The notes under the pieces were generated by a model. It was not told where the DNA came from, searched no databases, and saw only the letters and a list, made by a program, of their open reading frames with translations. From Lama glama (Eukaryota), in NCBI GenBank assembly GCA_028534125.1, contig CM052818.1, forward strand, positions 46,254,001-46,318,000: DNA of 64,000 nt. The letters are read 5' to 3'. The number at the start of each line of letters is the position of its first letter. Position 1 is the stretch's first letter. Positions 38,231 through 51,855 of this stretch are shown one piece after another. Position numbers and translations under genes: made by a program.

Positions 38231-41200
38231 ACCTGAGGGCCAGGCAAGGACTGTGAGGGCTAGACGAGGCTCCTGGGGGTGCAAATGACATAAACTGTCC
38301 TGGTGCTTTGTAAGCTAGAATCTGTAATAAACAGCTATTGACGCAGTTTGTCAAGTTGAGAGAGTTTAAGCAATGACTAATACGCAGTGGCAATTCCCGA
38401 AGGGGAATGCACATGAAGAAACTGGATCGAGAATTTATCTGCAGGTCCCAGAGAGGCACGGACTTGAGTCTTGGCCGAGCCCATGACCGACAAAACAGGA
38501 TGCAGAACCTCCATGGCTCACAGCCCTCTCTCTTCCCAGACATCACCTCTTCCAGCCACCGGCTTCTTCCCCTGGAGTCTAGAAACAGACTTTTTTTTGT
38601 TTGTCTGTCTCTTTTGTTTGTTTGTTTGTTTCACTTTGGGGTGTTTTTTTTTAGTTTTTTTGTTTTGTTTAGTCCCTCCTATCATAAAAACCTTCCCTTT
38701 CTCACTTTCCTCTTCCATTATCAACCTCCCCCAAGAGCAATGAGCACCTGCCGTCTCTCCTCTGGCTCCTGCAAAAGAGTCAGGGGAAAGTCATGGTGGC
38801 CTCCTGGTCACCGAAGCCAAGAGTCACTCATCAGGGCTTCTCTCCTGCTCCTCTGCTGCCTGGGTGCTGCTGACCCTCCGCCTTCCTTCACATCCTCTGC
38901 TCCAGCCTGTCCACACGTTATCCTTTAGGCTTGGCAAAGGATTTTTTTTTAAAGTTTGAGGCCTCCTACATCGTGGCAGTTGTCATTTTAACAGCCAGCA
39001 GTTGAGAGAATATGTGATGACAGAAGAAATGAAACCCTCATCCGAGTTCATGAACGCTTCAAATGACTGTCTTCTAACAGCATGTCCTCCACGCACACGA
39101 CAAGTCATTAAAGTGCAAGGAATGTGTTCGTAAACTCCGCAACGTGCCTGTGGGCAGACGGACCTCGTGAGAGCCCTAGAGCCCCCCGCCCCACCTCCCC
39201 CCAGGGACCCAAGCACCACAGCTGTGGGAGTCACTGCCCATCTCCCGGGGCTACACCCTCCGTGCTGTGGCATTTCTACAGCGGCCCTCACGGTACACAC
39301 AGCATGCTAATAAAAGTGGAGTAATCAGTGCTCACTGCCCGGATAGTGACAGAGCCGGTGCCCCCAGCAGGCTGTCAGTCACTTTCTCAGCTGGGCTGCC
39401 TGCTCCTCCCTGGCTTTTCCCACCTTCTCTGACTCACGGAGTCAGTGTGCTATTGGGACTACAATGAGGTGGCACCGCCTTTCCAAAAAGAAAAAAAAAA
39501 GTATCAAAGTACAATTTACACACAGTAGCGGCCGTGCCACAACCAGAACCCAGGGCTCTGACGTCAGCCTTACTGCTTTTGTTGTTTTGGTCAAACCGAG
39601 GAGACGCTTTCCTTCTGGCCAGTGATCTGTGAGTGCAGGAAGCAGCCTGCAGTGCTGGTCTGGAGTCTCAAAGAACTTCCATCTGTGTATCAGGCCAGGT
39701 GAAATCATTGGTGCAGATGCTTCTAGTGTCCAAATTAACTGTCATGAGGTCCATCCACAAACTCTATTCCCCAGGAGAAGCCCAGCACTCAAGCCCTCCT
39801 CACTCAAAGCTCACAGATGCCTCCTCTGCATACAAGCCTAACAAACTGGTCATCGCGTTTTCCAGCTCACAGTGCTGCGGAACAAGGCACCAAGGGCGGT
39901 CAAATCCAGCAATTAGCAGGGAAAAGAGTGTCAGAATACCAAAGAGCAGATGTCGAAAATGGAAGGTGGAGAGTCTGGCACCAATCTAGGGGCAGACAGT
40001 CCCACACGGCAGATACCAGGCCCTGGGGGTTTCTCTCAATTCCTGCACAGTTCCTTAATTTATGGGTAAACCGATGTAAGTCTTCCTCCCTAAAAGATGA
40101 AATTATGATCAGTCCCCCTGTTGAATAAAAAAGAATGTAAGACATTTTAAAGTGCAGAACATCCCCCCAAAAAAGAAGTTAAAAGAGAAGGGAGTTTGCA
40201 GGAGTACTGAGGTGAGGCCCTCTGGTAGGCACAGCTCTGTGTTAAGCAATGAGGTAAGTTTTATTAACGTGGAGAACCAGCTCGTGTGGGCCGGCAGTGC
40301 TGGGAAGAGCCCTGCCGCCCTATTACCAATGCAGCAGTGGGGATACCTCTCCGCCAGGTGCTGCGCACGTCACGTGAACAAACCCAGACAGAAGCTTACA
40401 GCTCTTCATTCTGTGGCTATGAGTCTTCTACCTCCAATCATTTGCGTTAAAAAAAAAAATCCAGGACTTATGTGCACATTGGTCAGTAGGACTTTCAGGT
40501 TTCTCCTTCCAAATGAGTGAGGTGACACATTCCTCAGCCCCAGGGGTGCGCTCGGCTCTCACACTAGGACACCATCCTGAGCTCGGCACCCGCTGGTCCC
40601 CGCTCTCACCTGGAGCTGGGTCTATGACTGACAGTGTATATTTGAGGAGGAATCCTCTGAAACCAGAGACAGAGGCTACAGAGCTGTAACTGACCTTAAT
40701 GCAGCCATTCACTAAATCTTTCCAGGATCCTCACAGCCATCTGGTAAGAGGAATAGAAGCTGCGAAACCAGGCTGACTCGATAACTAGCTTAATTTCACA
40801 CGTTACATTTCTGTAGCTGCCTTATTTTTCCCTTTATCCTGCATGACTGCAGAGAGAATTCAGACTCTCTGAAGTTGAGAATCTCACCCATTAGTAACAA
40901 AATCTCACTTTATACTAAGTTGGCCTTTCTTTGGAGATGTTCCAACTGCTTTAGAAACATTCTTCCATGATGAAGAGTAGGTAGGCAGTAATTATTATTC
41001 TTTCTGGACAAGAGGTAGAATTGAGAATTTTGGCCATGCAGAACTGAAATGTTTTTTGAACGCCTCAGGGAAAGCAAAAGCAAGGCTTTAAAAATAAGAG
41101 ATAGGACAGATGTGACCAAAAATAGGAGTAAGAATGGTATACAAAATACCAAAAAAGGAGAATTCTCCTATAATCAGCTCATTCTCAGTGACAGCATCTT

Positions 41201-42544
41201 AGACGCAGCCCCGCAGTGTTCCTTACGGGTATAGCTTCAACAGCAGCACAGGCCTGAGAAGCCGGGCCTGCTGAGTGCTAACGTGGGCACGAGTCAGACA
41301 CATTCTCCCTCTCTCTTGGATCTTTGCTGGGAAACAGGATCAAAAATCCCCACTCCATAAAGTAAAAGCTGTAACTGCAGTCATGCACGTGGACGGAAAG
41401 CTACTTGGTCCAGACTGTAAGAAGTTAACTTAACGACACTGCAATGTCACCTGTGGGCCGGGTTTCTAATTTACAAGCCACCTGTCCAGCATATCTCTGT
41501 TATCCTGACGCTGGCCCGGGGAGGCGGGGAGGGATTTCCCATCTCTGCTCTAAGATGAAACCGAGGCATCCGGCTGCCTCGCGGCTGCAGTGTTGCAGCC
41601 CCTATGCATTCCTCTTTATCCTGCATTTTCCCTGCACTGCCTTCCTTGCTGCTGTTTTCTTCCCCCCCATGGAGTTGACCTTAATTCCTTTAAATAATCG
41701 CAATGGAAAGTGTACGGGTTTCGAGTTTTAACATCTAGATTTGACTGCCACCCCTGTTCCTTGCTAGCTTCGGGCCCCCCGTAAGAGGAAGGTAACACAG
41801 GTGATCTCATGCAGCTATTAAGAGGACTAAGTGAATGAGGAAGACCCAGTACACACCTGACACCTGCCCGGAGCTCACGGCACCGACGGTGCTCAGGAAG
41901 TGAAGGCCATGGATGACCCGCTCACTGGGGGCGGAGAGGGGAGAAGGGTGGGGACTCGGCCTGCAAGGGATATCTGATGTGCTCAAAGTGGCAAAGCTGT
42001 GGGGGGGTAGGGTGGTGGGCAATGCACCCGTCACAATGTCCAAGCCCTACCCTTTTAGTTTTGCAGAAAATTAAGAAATGAAGGGGCCATTTCTGTCTAA
42101 CTGTGCAGTCGCTCATGTGAAAACTGAGTACAACTGATTTTATGTAGGATCCCACCACGTGGAGAGACGTGGATGCCACGCCCTGGGGTGCGTGTTCAGA
42201 AGCTGGTGTATGGGGTTGCTATGAGGGTTAAATGAGATGAGATGTGTAAAAGCAACTAGCGACATTCTACGGACGAAGCCAGCCCCACGTTATCATCTCC
42301 ACTTTGCAGCCGAGAAAAGCTGGGGGGAGATGAGCTGAATGGAGCTCCGAGCCGCTGGGGGTGAGGGACAGACCCCGGCTGGTCTGCGGGCCAGCTGCTC
42401 GGTCGCCCGGCCAGGGTTTCTCTCCGCCATCCTCTCGGACCCCTTTCACTGCATCCCTCTGACTGGATCCTGTTTCCTGACTCACACGTCTTCCTCTTTC
42501 TTGGCTTCTCTCTTCATGCTGCTAAGGCACAGCCTTTAGGCAAT

Positions 42545-43100
42545 TCAGAGAAATGACACTTGGGAGCTAAATTTTTTGAGACCTGCACGTCTGAAACATC
42601 TCTAATTCTCCTTTTATGCTCAGGTTGGGGTCTAACTCCAAGTCAGAATTACGTCCCTCAGGATTTTTTAGTGTCAGCGCTCCACGCCTCCAAGCTTCCA
42701 GGGTCACTGTCAAGAGGGCGACACCATCGTGCAGCTCCACCCTCGGTGTGCTTTCTGAAAGCATTTAGGATCTTTTGCAATTTCACACGGAGATGCCCTG
42801 GAGCAGAGGCAGGTCCTTTCCCCTTACTGGCCTGGGCCTTCCATCTGCAGATCAGAATCCTTCAGTCTCAGGAACCACTTTTGTACTGCTGCCTTCCCGG
42901 CACCCTCCTCTGTCTTCTATTCTCTTTCTGAAGCGCCAGTCAGTTGGATGCTGGACCTTGAGGATTAATCCCTGACTCGTCTTTTATCTATTTCCTACGT
43001 TTTTGTCTTTTTTGGGCCTTTTGATCTATTTTCTGAGACATTTTTCACTCCAGCACTTCTCACAGGACTTTCAGTTTGATACTTTCTTACTTTGTCTCCC
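42545..43100 (-). mobile_element. Old L1 (L1ME-like) fragment
   Basis: ttttgagacctgcacgtctgaaac...gcaatttcacacggagatgcc...gggccttccatctgcag. T-rich antisense L1 texture. Confidence 0.5.
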
Positions 43101-44030
43101 CCTTTCTTTAACGACAAGCTGCGCCCACTCTCCCCCCGGACCTCTCTGAGGAATTCAAAGAGCGTCTTTCAAGTCTTCTTCTGCTCATTGCATTGTCTGT
43201 GTCCTCCAAATTCTTTCCCCGGTTTATTTTGGTCTCTTTCATTCTGGAGGCCGTTCATTCATATTTAAGACGGAGGCACTAAGCAGCCGGCTGGCGGCTC
43301 ATGAGTGTGGAAGGGGCTTATTCGCCGAGGGGCTGGGCGATTAGGCGGCAGGCTGGTTTTTCACTTGAAGACCCCCCACTTGTCAGCATCTATAGAGCTC
43401 TTCCCTGGGACCATGCAGCTTCTCCAGTCAAAAAAAAAAAAAAAAAAAGCCCCACTGTGACTCAATGGTGAGACCCTGACAAGCATGTCAGCCAGGGTCC
43501 GGGGAGCGGGGCTGGAGAGGGGGCTGGGCTCCACTGCCCCGTCTGCGTGCTGTCAGCCTGTTTGGGGCAGAAATAAACGGGCGACAAACTCGATAAAAGC
43601 CCCCGGAGATTACAAATTAACCTGAGTGAAAAAACTTCAGCACAGCAACGGCTTTGTATTTTTACCATTTCCAGCTGAAAGGTTTTACAAGTGAAGACAG
43701 GGCGAGAGACCAAAACCTTAATGATCTGGTCTTTCCCCTCCTTGTTATTAACTCATACGTGGCGTTCCCTTATTCCTGCCCTTCTAAGGCCAGACTTACA
43801 AACCCACCATCACCACCCCTTCGAGACCGATGAGCTACTTGCTCACTTGTTATGAGCTTGCTGACAGGAGAAACGAAAAAGACACTCTTGGCTTGCGACT
43901 CACATCAAAAGTATTATTGAGTTCTTGACCTGGTCTGGTTGTCCCTGACCTTTGGGAGAGGCTGGGGGAGAAAAACAGGAGAGACCCTGGGACTACCCCA
44001 GTGTACTTCCCTTGTGGAAGAAGCCCCCCA

Positions 44031-44109
44031 GCAGGGTCACAGACGCCCTCTCAGGCTGCCCACTCCTTCAGAATTCTGCTCCCACCACAAGGACGGCACA
44101 GGGCAGCCA
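44031..44109 (+). repeat. 79-bp direct repeat, copy 1 (intron 3 side of exon 3)
   Basis: 71/79 identical to 45071-45149 by manual alignment, no indels. Confidence 0.92.
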
Positions 44110-44700
44110 AGTACGCGAAAGAACCCCATTCACCCCACGTGACAAGCACCTGCCGCAGGCCAGACGTACTCAGTCCATATCTCCACTTGCTTAAAAAAAG
44201 GGAGACTTTTTTAGACTGCATTTGGGAGCATAAAAAAAAAGGCCTTTAAATATTCACGGTAACTTCTGTGCTTTGATTACAGGTTACCCTGCTGTGTGAG
44301 ACAGGTCTGAAACATATTTATTAAATATTTTAAGTTTAAATGCCTACTGTAATTACCAGAAAAGACTATTCTCCACAGTTTAGAAACTATTAAAAATTGA
44401 AGTCAGAAGCCCTTAAGATGAATGCATTTATTCATTTTGTGCCTCAGCTGTGCACCTTTAAAATGCTGAGCTGAATTTAAAAATTCTTGTTAGAGCAAAA
44501 ATGACCACTCTAAAATTTATTCCAAGGTGACCTACTGTGTACAAAAAATAAAATTCCTTCAGGTATCCTCTGAGCCATGAAATTTATTCCTAATTTATCA
44601 AACACACTTTAATTATCCTCCGGGGAGCTCCCCTCCCAACTAAAGCAACTGCAGGCACTTCACATGCTGCCCGCTAGCCGCACACAATCGTGACACTTAC

Positions 44701-44846
44701 CAGGTTTTTGAAAAGCGCTGTCAGCTCCTTTGTAAACACTGAGAACTTCAGGAAGGCGCTTCCTAAATCCGGGTCATCCCTGCACACGCAGTTGCCCCCG
44801 AACTTCTCCAGAGCTTGCGTGTACTGCTCCTCATTCTCCACGTGGG
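44701..44846 (-). CDS. ASAP2: ASAP2 coding exon 3 (146 nt): (A)[48 protein letters not shown]
   Basis: ttgcag|CC CAC ... AAC CTG|gtaagt. Contained in ORF 44674..44883(-); ASAP2 BAR sequence. Confidence 0.98.
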
Positions 44847-45070
44847 CTGCAATGGCAACGAGAGGCAAGGTTAAGGTCTCCACTCCCCGGCCCCAGCCCC
44901 CGCCGGGTTCTGCTTACTTGTGAATGAAATCGAACACGTGAACAGAGTAAAACTCGGAGAAGACTCAAGTCGCACCAGGAACAGAAATAACTCTGCTGTC
45001 CCGACACCCCCGCCAACTGTGCCGGCCACAGACCCCAAGTACGAACACGGCGGCACGTGAACTCCGCCGG

Positions 45071-45149
45071 GCAGGGTCACGGACGCGCTCTCAGGCTGCC
45101 CACTTCTTCAGAATTCTGCTCCCATCGTGAGGACGGCACAGGGCGGCCA
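45071..45149 (+). repeat. 79-bp direct repeat, copy 2 (intron 2 side of exon 3)
   Basis: gcagggtcac.gacgc.ctctcaggctgcccact.cttcagaattctgctccca.c...aggacggcacagggc.gcca. Confidence 0.92.
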
Positions 45150-45879
45150 CAGAAAGCCTCAGCACCGCAGCTTTTCACCAAAAAACAGATCTTGAAGAGC
45201 CCTCTGCAGTCCCCCAAGTTCCTATTCAGGGAAATAAAGTCACTGTCAGCCTTGCTGGTGCCTGGGGCAGGCCTGACAACTGGGTACCCAGGGGGCCAAT
45301 GTGCCGAAGGCAGCCCTGGTGCTGAACCAGGTCCCCAGGGTCCATAAACAGTGTGTCTGCCCGTCCCGCCAGCAGGCCCTTCGCCCTCCGGGGCCACTTC
45401 CGGGGGCCCTCGGGTGCCTTAGGGCTCCCGTGTGATCTAACACAAGAGAACATTAATTTCACCGTTTAGGCCCTTTTCCTTTTTTCTATTATTATCTTCT
45501 AACGTTTCAGAAAAAAGCCTGAGATTTCTGGACACACTAAATGTATTTCTGAGACTACACTCAGCAAAAGAGTTAAAACAGAGACACACACACAGGGTGT
45601 GGCAGAGCAGGGAGCCCTCAGGAGGTCTGAGTCCCAGGCCTACGCCTCCCAGGAAATACACGTGACCTGGTGATACACATGTTCACTCTCGCTGGGGCTC
45701 AGCCGCCTGGAGGACAGAGACCCGTGGTGCGATGCTCGCCAGGTGACGGCAGGACTCAAAGAATGGGGTAAGGCTAACCGCCCAGTTCAACCACACTCAG
45801 CACACACCCACCAGCACAGCGGCACGGGTGTCAACTGTATTCAGCACAAATGACTTACATACTTTTTTTCTAGACTTCA

Positions 45880-46020
45880 CAACAACTTACATATGACATG
45901 CGCTACTGCTCACAATGCTGAAGGGAAACCGGGGCTCAAAGAGCTCAAATAACTTGTCCTCAGAGTGGCGGGTCTGGGGGTGCAAACCTGCGTCTGTTTG
46001 ATCCCAAAGCCCACTCTTCT
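45880..46020 (-). mobile_element. MIR fragment
   Basis: gaagggaaaccggggctcaaagagctcaaataacttgtcc...caaacctgcgtctgtttgatcccaaagccc. Confidence 0.55.
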
Positions 46021-47234
46021 CGCTCTGCTACATGGACGTGCATTTCATTCTCAAAACAGCTTACTTTTTGCCCAAACCAAAAGTACCCAGGTTTAAGATT
46101 TTCAAAATTCCATTTCAGAGGCTGACCAGTTACACCTTCTATTTCACTCTACTTATAATTGTAGAACACATGGTCAACAGCAAAGGGCAGTTCCCTTCAA
46201 ACCACATGCTATTTTATAACTATTTCAAAATTGGTGGTCAAGACATGGGCGATCCCGGGGTGGTTTTGGAAGGGACTGGCAGCCACAAGCAGATGTCTGG
46301 TGATGATGTCACTCCCCTGGGGGAGAGACACAGGAGTGCAGGGGCCAAAGTCACCCTGGGAGCCACGTGGTATCCTTCACAATGTGCAGGGACCCTCACT
46401 ACTGCCCAAGGCGAGCACCCCAGGGAAGAGGGAGGGAACCAGCTTTGAGTAAAGGTCTGTTAGGTGGCCTTCAAGCTTTCTGTTCCATTTAACCTAATAA
46501 CACTACAAGGTGCGGTGACCATCATCCCTTATTATTGTCTTCTGGATAAGGTGGGGTTCAGGGGGCTTAATTCTTGACAATGCCTACAGCCCAGCATCTC
46601 TCCAGGTCCTCCTGTAACACCCAGCATGGTGCCCACTGTAAGCACAGCCAACACCCCAGAGCACACATTAGCTAACTGACCTACTGCTCCAGATCACCCC
46701 AAGGTGGAGATTTTCCTTCTCGAGAGCAGAAAGTAGTTGAGTGCCTTTATTTTCCTTTTGCCAAAACTAAATTTAAAACAGGAACCTAAAATAAATGGCT
46801 TGGGAATAAAGTTTCTGGAAAGAACCCAAACTGGGTCTATCATCTTTTATTTACAGAACTGTGAAAGCTGTTCTTCTAAAATGAGCTTGCTCCCCTACCT
46901 CCCCCTTGTTCAAATATAGTGTTAACTCTGGTTCTTATTAATGGTCCAGATCCAAGAATCCCTGCTGCGGGGGGAACCTGGGAGAACGAGCCTCTGAGTC
47001 ACTGAGACCAACACAGACAAGACCCCGCTCTTCCCAGCTCGAACCCAGCGACCCTCCCGTTTCCCACCCCTCACTACACAAGGGTCGGGCTTCCCACCAT
47101 CCCCTCAAAGGGGTGGCTTTGAGAGGCTCTCACAGAAAAATCTACCATGGAGCCAGCAGGCACGTAAGCACCTGCATACAGTACGTTTAGAGGTAAGGGC
47201 TGGGTTTTATTGTGTGCTTTTTAGTTTACTTGAT

Positions 47235-47395
47235 TCTGTCATTCAAAAGACTGATATTGTATATTTTTGCCTCCTTTGTCAAAAATTAATTGACAATAGG
47301 TCTGTGGGCTTATTTCTCAGCTCTCTATTCTGTTTCATTGACTGAGACGTCTGTTTTTATGCCAAAACCATGCTGCTTGGATTACTGTAGCTCTG
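47235..47395 (-). mobile_element. L1 ORF2 fragment
   Basis: gcctcctttgtcaaaaattaattgac...gggcttatttctcagctctctattctgtttcattg...ttatgccaaaaccatgctgcttggattactgtagct. Confidence 0.8.
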
Positions 47396-47399
47396 AGAC

Positions 47400-47478
47400 A
47401 TTGTGCAGTACACCAGAAATTGACACATTGTAACTGACTGTACTTGAATTTTAAAAATTTAAATTTAAATTTAAAAAA
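47400..47478 (+). mobile_element. Younger L1 extreme 3' end (camelid-like)
   Basis: tgcagtacaccagaaattgacacattgtaactgactgtacttgaatt followed by an A-rich tail. Confidence 0.7.
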
Positions 47479-48829
47479 TTATGAGCATATTAGATAGATA
47501 GATAACTAAATAAATAATATTAAGAAGAAGGTCGAGTGCATGTAGTTCACACAAAAATTGTTGGATCCAAAAGGAAAAAAGGCAGCCCCTCTACTCCCAC
47601 TGAGCAGGCCATGGCACGGCGGGGAGGCCCGTGGCCCTTCCAGGGACAGGAAGGGTCCCAGGGCCAGTTCACCTTCGCCCACCTTCACTCCTACCTGGAG
47701 ATACACTCCTCACTGCCAGCCCTGCAGCAGAGTGGGACGGTGTGCCGGAGCGGACACAAAGATGAGGGTGACCAGCGTCCAGGGACTGATGCACCAACCC
47801 GTGCATGAGGCCTGCGATGCGCTGGGTGCTGAAGGTTCAGAGATGTCAGGAAGGGGATGCGTGAGCTTGGCTCCAAGGGCAGGCAGGAATTTCCAGACAG
47901 AGGAGATCCAGGAAGGAAGGTATCAACCCCAGGGGGACAGCAAGGAGTCCTGTGTGTTCAGAGGCTGTGAACACTTGCTCAGTGTCCAAGCCCCTGCCTG
48001 CACCAGCTCCTGATGCAAAGCCATCACAGGGCAGCGCAGGCCTCACTGTCCTACCCTCCCCAGGGCCACCCAGGCCCACTACTGGGTCTTTACAGTCCAA
48101 AGGACCCTGAAAGGATCAGAGAGGGTGCTGACCTGCTCAAGTACACACAGCTAGTTCTCAGCAGCTCTACAACTAGAACTGTCTTCCTGATGGCCCAGTC
48201 CTCCCATGTTCCTCCAACCGTGCAAGGAAGCATTTCCTCATTTGCTCATCACACAGTCACTGCTCTCGGCTCCCATGAATGTACAATCCTCCAACCAAGA
48301 GCACGCGCCAGGAACCCGAACCCCAAGCACCCCAAGCGCCCCAAGCAGAGAGAAGCAGAGCAGCCTGACGGCGCTCGCCCTGACAGGTACCCTCCAACCA
48401 GTGGGCCACCGGGGGGTCAGGAGGAGGCAAATCATCCACACGGACAGCTCCGTCGCACGTGCATCTTAGAAGGAACATATGTTCTCTGCAGTGGCAGCTT
48501 TACAAAGACACTCCCTAGATGACGTGGTGACTGATATTCAAACGTGAGGCACAATTTTAATGTCAGGATAATCTGCACGGCTCAACATAAAGGACACCAC
48601 TTCCCCTCGAGCTGCGGGCCCCACGCGTCACCTGGTTCAGATCTAACCCACGCACACAGCTCGTGAGAAAGCAATTTCCTGGAGTCAAAGATAATCCCCA
48701 CTGCTTACCAGGATCTCTACCCTGTGAACACTGCATGGGAGAAAATCATTTTTAGAACTTTATTCCTAGTCATCCCAGATAAAAATCTTTCAGTTCACAA
48801 TTCAGCAATCAGCATTAAAAGTTTAAAAA

Positions 48830-49130
48830 AAAACATGGCTGCCATCCAATAATCCCACTTCTAGAAATGTACCCTAAGGGAATAATCAAGTGACCAGAGC
48901 TGTGTGTGCAGAACAATTGGTAAAGTGTAAATGTATTAAGCTTGAACGATATGGAAATGGTTAAAGACAATCATCTCTACAAAATGGGATATTATGTAAG
49001 CTCTTAAAATCATGATGGAGAAATATGTTCAGGGTAGAATGCCAGGTTTTAAAAAAGGCAGGACACAGAACTATATATTTAGTCTCAACTTTGTAAAAAG
49101 TAAAATGTAGAGAAAAGGCTGAAAGTACAT
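48830..49130 (+). mobile_element. L1ME-like fragment
   Basis: aataatcccacttctagaaatgtaccctaaggg...ggaaatggttaaa...aaaatgggatattatgtaagc. Confidence 0.6.
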
Positions 49131-51124
49131 CAAAACGCTAACGTGGCGGTGAAACAGCAGGTGCTCGGTACCTGGCGACTGGCGCCGGCCAGGGACAGGC
49201 CAGTGCTTTCCGTGCATCCCCGTATCCTCTTCAACGGGGTATCTGCAGAGACGGAACAGACTGTGGGGGAGTAAGGACCGAGGCCAGGCGGCAGCTCTGA
49301 CTGGCCAGGCAGCGGCTGCAGCCCGGGCGACCTCAAACCAAGAGCGGGATCTGGCTGGGCTGGGACTTTGTTCTACTGCTTTTCTGAATTTTTTAAATGT
49401 TCTAAACTAAGTTCATATTATCTTTATAATCAAAAAACAACATAAGGAATAAATAAAATAGAGAAATCGGAAACGTCACCTACAAGGGCTCGGTTACTCG
49501 GTTCTCTGTGCCTGTGCTTTCTCTACCAGCTTCTCCTGGACAAGTGGACATGACGGAGACAGACTCTGCGACCTGACCTGACCCTGCATCACCTCTGACA
49601 AGACACAGCACCTACCAACAAAGAGGGTTTGATGAGAACACGTTCCCCACTTCACAAGTCCCCGGGCCCACACTCAAGCCAGGCACACGGACAGACGCCT
49701 CTCTCCTGGGCTTCACCACCTGCCGTTTCCCCCAGTCTCTCCAGCACTCTGTGCTCCTCCTCCTTTCAAAACTTCAGGCAAAACTCATTTCCATCCAGAC
49801 TTTGCTGGGCGTCCCTCTGACCACGGGAAGACTGCCAGACCTTATGGGTGTTATCACGGGACGCACCTGGGCTGGTTATGTCTGGCACAGGCAGCCAGCA
49901 ATGGAGTTAATAAGGTCAAGGTGTGGGTTGACTATTAAAATGTGAAAATTCTGTCGGTGGTCACTTCATATTCTTTGATCCTGCCCTCTACTAATGACAG
50001 AAGGACAGCTGGAAGTCTGCGTGAAAGGCTGAGCACACCCCAGTTACCTCCCTGTAAAACTCCTACTGCTCCAGTGGTTCACCTGGAGGGAAGGCCAGGG
50101 GTGAGGGACTGAGACTCATCTCCCAGATGATGTATTGTTTATGCTGGTTCTTTCTGTCCCTTTACATTACAGGCTCAGAGTACAGAAAACCTCTTATTTA
50201 TCCATCCTGTATTTCCTGAATACCCTAGTCAATCAAGAACTTCCCCAGACACTGGGATAAAATCCAATCACAGTGACAGCCCACCAGGCAGCAAGCACTG
50301 ATGAATAAACACAAAGATTCATGGAGCAGGGCCCCTGCCGCCAAGGAACAGCTTCCAGTAAGTCCGAGGGGCTTGCACACCAATCAGTACAGCACAGAGA
50401 CAGGAACACTGGAGGAATTTGGGGTGCCTGTAAGGCCAGAGCACAGGGAGGGTCCACAGACGACGTGTCTAGAGAGGCAGGCAGGGGCCAGAGGAAGGAC
50501 TTCATCCCAGGTAATGGAGGGCCCCCCAGAAGGTCGTAAAGTGACAGGATAAGACTTGCACTTAAGACAAGTGAAACTGGAGGGGACAGAGATGAACAAA
50601 GCTTGGCACCTGCCAACACACAGTTTAGCAAGAAAAAGATAAAAGCATGCAATAACCATCCACGCAGTATCCGTGACAGGAGGGAGAAACAGCACCACCG
50701 AGGGAAAGAGTGCACCTCCTGGGGCCTGGTGACAGGAAAGGCTTCTCAGAGGAGGAGAATCTTACAGGAATTTGCCTTCAGAACCTGAGAGGATGAGATT
50801 AAACCAGAGCTGCTAGGTGCTTTCCTCACCCGACTCTCTTTATCCTAAGAGCTCCTTCTCACCCCAGGGCGGCTCTAAGACCAAGTCAGAGGAGACAGAG
50901 GCTCCGTGGAAGAACTGGCAGCCCCCCCCCCCGAGAGCCTGGAATCCCCAGGGGCCGGGCACGCACAGCAGGGAAGGCAGTCTACACCTGCCAGACGCGG
51001 ACCACCCGCTACTGGAAACTTCACCTCCCATCACACAGATGCCCTCTGTTGGCAAAGCGATTTGATTAGCTACATTACAGAGTGTGTTCTTGGCCACAGC
51101 AAACTGCTTTCAGCCTTTTTCCCA

Positions 51125-51305
51125 TTTTTTTTAATTTTACTTTTTATTGAAGTACAGTTGATTTACAGTGTTAGTTTCAGGTGTACAGTAAAGCAATTTA
51201 GTTATACAGGTACATACTTTTTTTCAGATTCTTTTTCATTATATATTATTGCAAGAAACTGAATACAGTTCCCTGTGTTCACTGTAAGTAAGTAGGTCCT
51301 TGTAT
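51125..51305 (-). mobile_element. Younger L1 3' end (artiodactyl/camelid-like)
   Basis: tttttattgaagtacagttgatttacagtgttagtttcaggtgtacagtaaag...gaatacagttccctgtg...gtaggtccttgt. Confidence 0.8.
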
Positions 51306-51674
51306 TTCCCCTGTCTTTACCTCACTGTACTCAAGGAACGTAATCCCCATCACTTACAGACCCTCAGAAAACACCCCCAGCCCACCTCCAGGGAGACCAC
51401 AGCAGCCTGAGAGAGAAGGGACTCCTGGGCCTCGGGGACGAGCAGCCCCTGGAAAATCAACGGTCTCAAGGCCCCGTGCGCAACAGCCGCCATTCACGGC
51501 GGGGAGGTTTTACACACGTACAGAGGCTTTCATCTCCACCACAACTGCAGGATTTCACAGGTGAGGAGACAGGTTCAGATATTCTTGCTGAATAACGTAG
51601 CCAAAGTTTTACAGTAAGTAAGGCAAACAGCCAACTCTGACGGTATCCCCATCTGTAAACCATGGGGGTTTGGC

Positions 51675-51855
51675 TAGATCCCTGGTTCTTTAATCTTCGG
51701 GTTATCACAGACACCAATAAAAATTTAAAAAACGTTTTGGACTATCTCTTCAGGAAAAGGTATCCTTAGACAATTTTTTGTACAATTGTTGGGGTGCACA
51801 GACCCCAAAAGCTGGTCCATGGACCCAATACACCAGGTTAAAAGCCCTGGCTTAG
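51675..51855. mobile_element. hAT-type MITE relic with degenerate terminal inverted repeats
   Basis: Left end cctggttctttaatct, right end caggttaaaagccctgg, internal ggtccatggacc. Confidence 0.45.

Noticed and set aside
37878..38928. 222-aa and 173-aa ORFs
   Set aside because: They span MER5-like relics and a (GTTT)n low-complexity tract and are not protein-like.
44870..44876. CCTTAAC upstream of exon 3, resembling a U12 branch point
   Set aside because: The intron 2 donor is GTGAGT (U2 type), not RTATCCTT, and a normal pyrimidine tract follows. It is probably just the U2 branch point.
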